From: Malacoraja senta
Lineage: Eukaryota
DNA length: 64,000 bases
Direction: 5' to 3'
Assembly (NCBI GenBank): GCA_038087875.1
Contig: CM075993.1
Coordinates: forward strand, 5,582,001 to 5,646,000
In this document: positions 45,612 through 55,813 of the stretch, piece after piece
Layout of the letters: every line of letters starts with the position of its first letter
Numbering within the stretch: the first letter of the stretch is position 1
The notes under the pieces: generated by a model
Told to the model about the DNA's origin: nothing
Database searches by the model: none
What the model saw: only the letters and a program-made list of their open reading frames with translations
Translations under genes and position numbers: made by a program

Positions 45612-46213
45612 AGGGCCTGTCCCACTTAGGCTATTTTTAGGCGACTGCCGGCGACTGTCATAGTCGTAGCAGGTCGTCGAAAAACTGGCGACTGGACCCC
45701 CCCTTTGACATAAAATTTGAAATAGAATCATTACTTTAACAACAACAAAAACCGAAGTCAGCACCGGCCACAACCTACATCACCTGGCGACAACCTACGT
45801 TAACCTGGCGACAACCTACATCACCTGGCGACAACCTACGTTAACCTGGCGACAACCTACATCACCTGGCGACAACCTACGTTAACCTGGCGACAACCTA
45901 CATCACCTGGCGACAACCTACCGACAACCTATGTTAACCTGGCGACAACCTACGTTAACCTGGCGACAACCTACGACAGCACCCATGTCAGGAGAAGTCA
46001 AGCTACGCTGACTGGCGTCAAACCCACTGTCGCTGACTGTCTCCGAAAAGTTTTCAACATTTTGAAAATCCAGCGGCGATCAGAAAGACGCTACGACTCT
46101 TTGGGCGACTGAGGAGACGACTCACGACCGTACAGGCGACACCCTGGCGACCACGTGGCGACAACCTAGTCGGCTGTAGTTGCCTAAAAAATCACCCAAG
46201 TGGGACAGGCCCT
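45612..46213. mobile_element. PIF/Harbinger-like MITE with internal minisatellite
   Basis: TIRs AGGGCCTGTCCCACTT / AAGTGGGACAGGCCCT, TAA TSD. Confidence 0.85.
45770..45976. repeat. 20/21-bp alternating minisatellite
   Basis: ACCTGGCGACAACCTAC followed alternately by GTTA or ATC, about 9-10 units. Confidence 0.92.
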
Positions 46214-49200
46214 TAATACCTTATCTGTGTTCTACCCTCCCAATCACCCTTTGCAACTTTGCAAGAATAAGGGGTAGGCCATTTAGAACGGAGACGAGGA
46301 AATACTTTTTCTCACAGAGAGTGGTGAGTGTGGAATTCTCTGCCTCAGAGGGCGGTGGAGGCAGGTTCTCTGGATGCTTTCAAGAGAGAGCTAGATAGGG
46401 CTCTTAAAGATAGCGGAGTCAGGGGATATGGGGAGAAGGCAGGAACGGGGTACTGATTGGGGATGATCAGCCATGATCACAGTGAATGGCGGTGCTGGCT
46501 CGAAGGGCCGAATGGCCTACTCCTGCACCTATTGTCTATTGTCTATTGCAACTGTGAAGAATTGACCAGGTTGTGAGGCACAGGACTGGTATGTGGGTCA
46601 CTCTATCCAGAGGACACAGCCTCTTTGCAACATTTATGCTGACACAGACTGCACTGAAGCAAACAGAGGCAGAGGACAGAGCTCATGCATATTTTCCCAG
46701 AAGCAGCTTCCCTCCCGAACCACTTGAAGCCTGCGGTCACTGCCCCTGCATTAATGAGTTGCTGAGTGAAATTTAGTTTGGTTTAGTTCAGTGATACAGC
46801 GTGGAAACGGGCCCTTCGGCCCATTGAGTCCAGTGATCCCGGTACACTAGTATTATCCTACACACTAGGGACAATTTATAATTGTCACCAAAGTCAATTG
46901 ACCTTCAAACCTGCACGTCTGTGGAGTGGGAGAGGAAACCGGAACACCCGGAGAAAACCCACACGGTCACGGGGAGAACGTACAGACTCCATACAGACAG
47001 CACCCGTAGTCGGGATCGAACCCGGGTCTCTGGCGCTGTGAGGCAGCAACTCTACCGTTTCGCCACCGTGCCGCCACTGAAAATCTGTGATTGCTTTTGC
47101 GTGGTTGGAACCAGTGTTTTGCTTCATTTAGCTTATTTAGCGAGGAACAGTGAAAAGCTTTTTATTGTATACGGCCCAGTCAGTGAAACAAATATACAGT
47201 ACATGATTACAAGAGTATAGGAAGAAACTGCAGATGCTGGTTTATACTGAAGATAGACACAAAATGCTGGAGTAACTCAGCGGGTCAAGCAGCATCTCTG
47301 GAGAAAAGAAGAAAAAAAATGTCGGAATCGGAACCGGTCTGAAGAAGGGTTCCGACCCGAAACATCATCTATTCCTTCTCTCCAGAGATGCTGCCTGACC
47401 CGCTGAGTTGCCCCAGCATTTTGGTCTAACTTTATGCATGATTACAATCAAGCCGTCCACAGTGTACAGATAGAGGGCTCCGATTAAAGATAGTTCAAAG
47501 GTCACTAATGAGGCAGATGGGAGGTCAGGACCGCTCTCTAGTTGGTGAGAGGACAGTTCAGATGTTCAAGAAGGAACTGCAGATGCTGGAAAATCGAAGG
47601 TAGACAAAATTGCTGGAGAAACTCAGCGGGTGAGGCAGCATCTATGGAGCGAAGGAAATAGGCAACGTTTCGGGTCTGAAGAAGGGTTTCTGCCCAAAAC
47701 GTTGCCTATTTCCTTCGCTCCATAGATGCTGCCTCACCCGCTGAGTTTCTCCAGCAATTTTGTCTACCTAGGACGGTTCAGATGCCTGATAACAGCTGGG
47801 AAGAAACTGTGTTGAACAGTCAGCCCCCGAATGGCTCTAGATTTTCTAATTTTATTTTATTAGTACAAAAAGATTACTCCCTACACATCAGGGGCAGTTT
47901 AGAGAGGCCAATTGTGCAGAGTGGCAGATATGCCAAATTAAGTTTAATAAGGAGAATGTATTAATTAAATTAAGCAGTCAGGCCCATAAACAGCTTGAGC
48001 TGCTTATAGGACGATGATCCACCATAGAAACATAGAAACATAGAAAATAGGTGCAGGAGTAGGCCATTCGGCCCTTCGAGCCTGCACCGCCATTCAATAT
48101 GATCATGGCTGATCATCCAACTCAGTATCCTGTACCTGCTTTCTCTCCATACCCCCTGATCCCTTTAGCCACAAGGGCCACATCTAACTCCCTCTTAAAT
48201 ATAGCCAATGAACCATAGACACCAACGGCGAGGGATGATATGCCTACTGTCCCCTTTCTGTCTACAAAAAAACACTGTTCACAACATTTCCCAGTTGTCC
48301 TTCAATTTAGGAGCAAGCGAGCAATATGTTTATTTGCAGATTTTAAAAGGAGTAATCGATCTGCAAATCTGCAAAGGGTGGATTTCAAGTGCGCTCTCGT
48401 AATTTTGTCCGGGTTAAAGGAGGTGCCTGACCACCAGTGGCCGGAGAATCGGTGGTGGATTTGTAATGTCATGTGGTATTTTGCATCGGGTGTATAAGTG
48501 GATAGGGTCCTGATATAATGTTTAAACCCTAATCTGGGTTTAATGCAAGAGCTTTGGAAAGATTGTGATGAACTTTAACCTTGATTGTATGCAGTTCTTC
48601 TCAGTTTAGTTTGGAGACACAACATGGAAACAGACCCACCGAGTACACGCTGACCATTGTTTAAGAAAGAACTGCAGATGCTGGAAAAATTGAAGGTAGA
48701 CAGCATGCCTACCATATTCTGTTGTGCTGAAGCAAAGCAAGAATTTCATTGTCCTAGCTGGGGGACTCATGACAATAAACTCTCTTGAATCTTAAATCTC
48801 TCTTGAAATGCAGTCCTGGCCACACACTCATCTCCCTGCTACCTTCAGGTAGAAGGTACAGGAGCCTGAAGACTGCAACGACCAGGTTCAGGAACAGCTA
48901 CTTCCCCACAGCCATCAGGCTATTAAACCTGGCTCGGACATAACACTGAACTTTATTAGCCAATACTGTTATTTGCACTTTATCAGTATATTGATTCATG
49001 TGTGTATATATTTATAGAATGCCTTGTAGTCAATGCCTACTATGTTCTGTTGTGCTGAAGCAAAGCAAGAATTTCATTGTCCTATCAGGGACACATGACA
49101 ATAAACTCACTTGACTTGACTTGAAATGCTGGAAAAACTCAGCGGGCGAGGCAGCATCTATGGAGAGAAGGAATAGGCAACGTTTCGGGTCGAGAGTCTG

Positions 49201-50423
49201 AAGAAGGGTCTCGACCCGAAACATCGCCTGTTCCTTCTCTCCAAAGATGCTGCCTCACCCGCTGAGTTTCTCCAGCATTTTTGTCTGCACACTGACCATT
49301 GATGGCCTGTTCACACTGGTTCCATGTTATGCATACTAAGGGATGATTTGCGACTCAGAGGAAAACCTGCAGGTGGCAGTGTTTGCATGCACCAGCTGCT
49401 CTTTCCCCCACTTACTTGCTGATAGAAGTTGCTGGTTTGGGAGCTGTAGCCCGAAGAGCAGGGCAGAATAACTGCATGCAGTGCATCATGGAGGTGGCAC
49501 ACACTGCAGCCACGGGCACTGCTGCTGGGGTGGAGTGAGCATTTAGGATGGTGGTTCAGCTGCTCTGACCTGGATGGTGACACACCGACCTACCTGATCT
49601 CCTGGTTGCTAAACATTTTAATTCTGAGGAAGTGTCTCAACCCAAAACGTCACCCATTCCTTCCCTCCAGAGATGCTGTAATATCCCGCTGAGTCACTCC
49701 AGCTTTTTGTGGCAACCCACACTGACCTTTCTGTCCTGGGCTTCCTCCACTGTCAGAGTGAGGGCAGACTCAAATTGGAGGATCAGCACCTCATATTTTG
49801 CTGGGCAGCTTACACCCTAGCTCTTGTTCACCCTAGTTGAACATTGAATTCTCCCAACTCTGCTAGCCCTTGCTGTCCCCTCCCCTTCATCAGCCCTCTG
49901 GTTGTCTCCTCCCATCCCCCAGCCCTCGGGCTCCTCCTCCGCCTTTTTTCCTTTTTTCCTTTCTTCTCCCCACCCCCTATCAGTCTGAAGAAGGGTTTCG
50001 GCCCGAAACGTTGCCTATTTCCTTCGCTCCATAGATGCTGCTGCACCCGCTGAGTTTCTCCAGCATTTCTGTGTACCTACACCCTAGCTCTATTGATTTC
50101 TCTAACTTCAAATCTCCTCTCTCTCCATCCCTCTCCCACCCAAGTTGCACTAGCTTCAAAGTTTTCTTGTTGAGTCTCATTGTCTGTAACTCATTTTCAT
50201 CTAGCCCACGATGGCCTGTTTCCTTTATCATCTTTACATTTTTGCATATCTTTCATTCTTTTGTTCTATATCTCTCTACATCACCATCAATATCTCTCGC
50301 TTCTCTCTCCTCTGAGTCTCGGACTGAAGAAGAGTCTCGACCAAAAACATCACCTATTCCTTCTCTCCACAGATGCTGTCTGACCTGCTGAGTTACTCCA
50401 GCTTTTGGTGTCTATCTTTTTGT

Positions 50424-51930
50424 GTCGTGTTCTAAATACCTGTGCGGACCAACTGGCTGGAGTTTTCAAGGACATTTTCAACCTCTCACTTCTGGGGTCT
50501 GAGGTTTCCACCTGCTTTAAAAGGGCATCAATTATACCGGTGCCCAAGAAGAGCAAGGTGACGTGCCTCAATGACTATCGACCTGTGGCACTAATGTCTG
50601 TGGTGATGAAGTGCTTTGAGAGGTTGATCATGGCGCAAATCAACTCCTACCTCGACAAGAACCTCGACCCACTGCAGTTCGCTTACTGCCACAACAGATC
50701 AACAGTGGATGCGATCTCGCTGGCCCTCCACTCTGCTCTGGACCACTTGGACAACAAAAACTTCTGTGTCAGGCTGTTATTCATTGACTACAGCTTGGCA
50801 TTTAATACTATCATGCCCTCCAAGCTGGTTACCAAGCTCTCAGATCAGGGTCTCTGTGCATCCCTCTGCAATTGGATCCTCGACTTCCTCATCCACAGAC
50901 CACAGTCTGTCCGTACTGGTCGAAATGTGTCATCCTCAATAACAATCAGCACGGGAGCACCTCAAGGCTGCGTGCTCAGCCCCCTGCTGTACTCACTCTA
51001 TACTCATGACTGCGTAACCGGACATAGTGCGAACTCCATCATCAAGTTCGCCGATGACACCACTGTTGTGGGACGAATCACTGATGGGGACGAGTCAGAG
51101 TATAGAAGTGAGATCGAGCGACTGATCAAATGGTGCCAGCACAATAACCTGGCTCTCAACACCAGCAAAACCAAGGAACTGATTGTGGACTTTGGAAGGG
51201 GTAGGATAGGGATCCACAATTCCATTTATATCAACAGGTCAATGGTGGAAAGGGTCAAGAACTTCAAATTCCTGGGCGAGCATATTTCCGAAGATCTTTC
51301 CTGGTCCCAGCGCACTGATGCAATTATAGAGAAAGCACATCAGCGCCTCTACTTTCTGAGAAGATTACGGAGAGTCGGTTTGTCAAAGAGGACTCTCTCG
51401 AACCTCTACAGGTGCACAGTAGAGAGCTTGCTGACCGGTTGCATCGTGGCTTGGTCCGGCAACTTGAGCGCCCAGGAGCGGAAAAGAATGCAGAAAGTTG
51501 TGACCACTGCCCAGTCCATCACCGGCTCTGACCTCCCCACCATCGAGGGGACCTATCGCAGTCGCTGCCTCAAAAAGGCTGGCAGCATCATCAAAGACCC
51601 ACACCATCCTGGCCACGCACTCATCTCTCCGCTACCATCGGGTAGAAGGTACAGGAGCCTGAAATCTGGTGCATCCAGGTTCAGGAACAGCTGCTTCCCC
51701 ACAGCCATCAGGCTATTAAACTCACCAACAAACAGACTCTGAACTGTAACAGCCTATTGCACTTGATCTGTTTATTTATGTGTATATGTGTGGTCTATGC
51801 TATATAGACACATGGAACTGTTCTGTATTTATGCTTACAATATTCTGTTGTGCTGGAGCAAGCAAGAATGTCATTGTCCTATCTGGGACACATGACAATA
51901 AACTCTCTTGACTTGACTTGACTTGACTTG
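50424..51930 (+). mobile_element. Rex1/Babar-like LINE, 5'-truncated, RT frame open (to 51742)
   Basis: [58 protein letters not shown] and (CTTGA)n tail. Confidence 0.92.
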
Positions 51931-52859
51931 AGGAAATGCAGTTGCTGCGATCTTGAGCAAACTACTGTAGAAACACAGTGAGGCAGGCAACATCTGGGCA
52001 GGGAAATGGACCGTGTTGGGAGCTTCACCTCATGTGGGCAAGCTGAGAGTATCCTCTAATGTTCCTGATGTGTAGATGGTGGAAAGGGTTTGGGGTGTTC
52101 GGATGCGAGTCATTCACTGCAGGATTCCCAGACTCTGATCTGTCTTTAGACTTTAGACTTTAGAGATACAGCGCCGAAAAAACAGGCCCTTCGGCCCATT
52201 GAGTACATGCAGAGACCAGCGATCAGCCCGTTCACCAACATACAAGCATGAGGGACAATTCTTTTTATAAGTTACCGAAGCCAATTAACCCACATACCTG
52301 TACGTCTTTGGAGTGTGGGAGGAAACCGGAGCACCCGGAGAAAGCCCACGTGGTCACAGAGAGAACGTACAATCTCTGTACACACAGCACCTGTAGTCGG
52401 GATTGAACCCGGGTCCCTGGCGCTGTTGGGCAGCAACTCTGCCATTGTGCCACTGTGCCACTGTTCCATTTGGTGTCTGGTTCATTCGAGGTTCTGGCCA
52501 ATGGTGACCCTCAGGTTGTGGAACTTGGCAACAGTAATGTAATTGAACGTCAAGGGGAGGTAGTGGGACCCTCTTGTTTGGAGATGGTCATTGTTGTGCC
52601 TGGCAATGTTGTGGCGTGCCTGTTAATTCCCAGCTACCAGCCGAGCCTGAATGTTGGCTCGGGTTTTGCTGCACGCAGGCAAGGACTGCTTTACTAGCTG
52701 AAGAGATGCCAATGGAATTGAACACTGTGCAACCATCTGTGAACTTGCCCACTTCTGACCATCCAGTAGAATAGAGATCACTGATGAGGCAGCTGAACGT
52801 GGTTGGACCTCGCCAATACACGGCCCTGAGGAACACGTGTAGGTTTGTCCTGGGCCAGA

Positions 52860-53265
52860 GATTCGTTCATTCGCTCGTGTGTCAGACGAAGTTCTGCCAT
52901 CACTTTGCCACAGCCAGTGCCACCACATCTGTGCCTCTGCGGAGATCGTCCTCTCCGCCACAAGTCAGTAGGTGGGCCGTTGTCTGTACCTCTCCACCGT
53001 TGCACTTGTCAGAGTTCGAGAGGCCCCACTTCTTCAGGTTGAGTCCGCAATGTCCCACTCCAGTGCGGAGGCGGTTTAGGGCTTTCCAGGTAGTAAAAGG
53101 CAGGTGGTGTCCTGGCCAGAGATGAATCACCTCCAACAATAAATGCGGCACATTCAAAGACTGGCTGTTGTGAGGGTGGGAATCTAAGTGGAGGCTGTGG
53201 TGGATTATCCATTTTGTCTTTACAGATGAACATGGTTGCAAATGCTTCAGCCTAGCCTTTAGGAA
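52860..53265 (-). mobile_element. Vingi/Ingi-like LINE 3' fragment
   Basis: PGHHLPFTTWKALNRLRTGVGHCGLNLKKWGLSNSDKCNGGEVQTTAHLLTC (degenerate C-terminal CCHC), very short 3' UTR with ACGAATGAACGAAT tail; clade assigned from memory. Confidence 0.6.
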
Positions 53266-55249
53266 AATGGTGTACTGTACTGTATTCACTCGACCTCCCT
53301 CCACAAATCTCACTCATCTTCATCACACTCTCCTAATTTCAGACTGCCTCATTGGCAGTACATTTTGCTCGATGCTGGCTTGAAACTGGGTTCCATCCAA
53401 ATCTCCCATCTCATCCAAGTGTTGGCATCCCTAACTCTGCAGCATTGGCGGTAGAGCCTGGGTGTTTCTCTGTGAATCCTCGGAGGGGAAACGTTGGAAG
53501 GATGGTCAGAAGAGGTTCGTCCTCTCTTTAAGATGTAAATTTCCCGCTCAGAATCCTGGATTTCTGGAGCCCTAAGTTGGCAGCATTTCCCATAGCTTGG
53601 GCATAAATGGTTTGCTCTGCCCAGTTACTCCAGTGCCAGGTGAGACGGATCAATGATTCACTTTTAACCCCCTCCACTGAGTGGGGAAGTTGAGTGGGAC
53701 TTGGCGTCTGAGCTCGTGGAGATAGCTCCTGTGGTGTGGGTGGTGGGGATCAAAGTCAACTGGGGAAAGGGGAATCAGAAGAGAAAATGAAGATCAAAAA
53801 GGAGAAAAAACACTCAGAAGGAACTGATTGTGTTAAAAAGGCAACAATTGATGATCTAACATAACAGCAAATGCTGAATCATTGAGCAAATGGTCTGGAA
53901 TGTTCTACCATAGATTCTGGCCTCCTGCTTCTTGCTATCATAATACAAACAATGCTGAATTGCACAGTGCGATCCAATTGCCCCATTCCACTGCATTCTG
54001 TTGGCCTGACAGGAATATTGAACCAATCTCAAATCCTTAACTGGTATCCTAAAAGAAACTAAGGAGTCATGGAAAATGTTATTAATCATGGATAGCTATA
54101 CTTTCAGACAAAGCTTCAATGTATTATTAAAGGCCATACTGATTTCTCAGAAAGTATGCTCTGCCAGTAGGTGGAACAGCAAATGCAGGGAATGTCACCA
54201 GATCAATAACCCTGTGATTAGTGAACACTCTCAGTTTCAATCCAGCTTCGGGCCAAATGTATTGCCAACGACACAGTCTGAAATATAAGGAGATCTTAAG
54301 GTGATGAAGATGAGTGAGATTCGTGGAGAGAGGTTGAGTAAATATATGTACGATTTTTCTTTGCAACTGCAGTAAATATTTCCTAAATTAAAAATCCAAC
54401 AAGCCATTGCATTGTTGTCATTGGACTGACCTTTGAGTATCAATGTCGCCACTTCCGCTGATATTTAAAGATGATTAATGCACTTTACTGACAGGCCAAT
54501 ATTCCATGCGGCAAAAACAGATAAATCCCAGGGACTTTATGCCGTTGGGAAGCTAATTTAGAACATGCTGGAAATGTATTGTAGGTCAGACAGCATCTGA
54601 GGAGACAGAGATTCACATTCTGGATGTAATCCTCCTCTCTGTAACCAGCCACACTCCACATTGACATCATCTTCTGTTTTGCTTAATTTGTCAATCCTTG
54701 TCAAAGGTTAGAGACACCGTGAATCACGTTCCTGCTTACTGCATGAAAACAATGCAGAGATTCAAGTATTGCTATGTTATAAGAAACAGCAGGGCACCAT
54801 TGTTTTCTTTCAAACCACTTATTTAACATTAAACTTGCAGTCTACGCAAGTGTGAGGATTGAAGGATGTTATTAGAATCCGAATTAAGTAAAAAGGTAGA
54901 TAGACACAAAATGCTGGAGTAACTCAGTGAGTCACACAGCTGAGTTAAGGAGAAAAGGAACAGGTGACCTTTGAGGATGGGGCCATTCTTCTGTCTGAAG
55001 AAGGGTCTTGACCCGACACGTCACCTATTCCCACCCTCCAGAAATGCTGAGTTACTCCAGCATCTTGTGTCTACCTTTGGTTTAAACCTAGCTTCTGCAG
55101 TTCCTTCCTACACATAGGTAGTTGAAATGCAGACCATGAGTCTTGCAAAGCGCATTGCACACGCCCATATACGTTCACATTGCAGCACAATCACTCTCCA
55201 CTTGCACTGACGCAGAATTTATGTAAGAAAACACTTTGCACTTTTTCTT

Positions 55250-55294
55250 TCTCTCTCTCTCTCTCTCTCTCGAGTGTGTGTGTGTGTGAGTGTG
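55250..55294. repeat. Compound (CT)n(GT)n microsatellite
   Basis: Directly visible about 160-200 bp upstream of the MAP1A-like start codon. Confidence 0.9.
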
Positions 55295-55374
55295 CGCACA
55301 ACCTCACCAAGTCCCACCTGTCTCCTGCTTCTATAGGCTGTTGTTGACATCAGCCGGATGCCTGTCAAGGGCTG

Positions 55375-55460
55375 TAGCCAATGCATCTGCGAGCCGGCTC
55401 GCATAAGAGGGTCGAGCAGGAGGGAGGAGAGCACCTGATTGACGCGGTTGCGATGGCGAC
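55375..55460 (+). promoter_or_regulatory. Probable MAP1A promoter/CpG island
   Basis: CCAAT 55378-55382, TATA-like CATAAGA 55402-55408, X-box-like GTTGCGATGGCGAC 55447-55460; CpG-rich to about 55810. Confidence 0.55.
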
Positions 55461-55813
55461 AGCGGCCGGGTCAGCCCCGCTGCCCATCGGGTGCGAGGAT
55501 TCAGCACCGCGATCGCTCCAACTTCAGCACCAAGGACAGCGACAGCCCGCTGCAGCCGAGCCAGGCTCAGCACCGCAGGCGCTCCAACTTCAGCACCACG
55601 GACAGCGACAGCCCGCTGCAGCCGAGCCAGGCTCAGCACCGCAGGCGCTCCAACTTCAGCACCACGGACAGCGACAGCCCGCTGCAGCCGAGCCAGGTTC
55701 AGCACCGCGGACAGCGGCGGCCCGCTCCAACCACACACACTACATTCTGATAGTCATCGGCGAGATCAGCACCGACGACCAGCTGCGGGCAGCAATCCTC
55801 CACGTTGAGCAAG
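55453..55813 (+). CDS. MAP1A: Microtubule-associated protein 1A-like, coding exon 1
   Basis: HYILIVIGEISTDDQLRAAILHVEQG resembles the MAP1A/1B N-terminus (MAP1A as recalled: HSLLIVIGDIGTESQLRAVRAHLEQG); phase-1 donor AAG|GTGAGG; good Kozak GCGATGG; TUBGCP4 linkage favours 1A. Alternative in-frame ATG at 55381. Confidence 0.85.
55501..55712 (+). repeat. In-frame 66-bp tandem repeat (three copies plus a partial)
   Basis: Units start at 55501, 55567, 55633, 55699; encode SAPQALQLQHHGQRQPAAAEPG. Confidence 0.95.

Noticed and set aside
45770..45976. CRISPR-like repeat array
   Set aside because: No unique spacers, no cas genes, eukaryotic context; it is a minisatellite inside a MITE.
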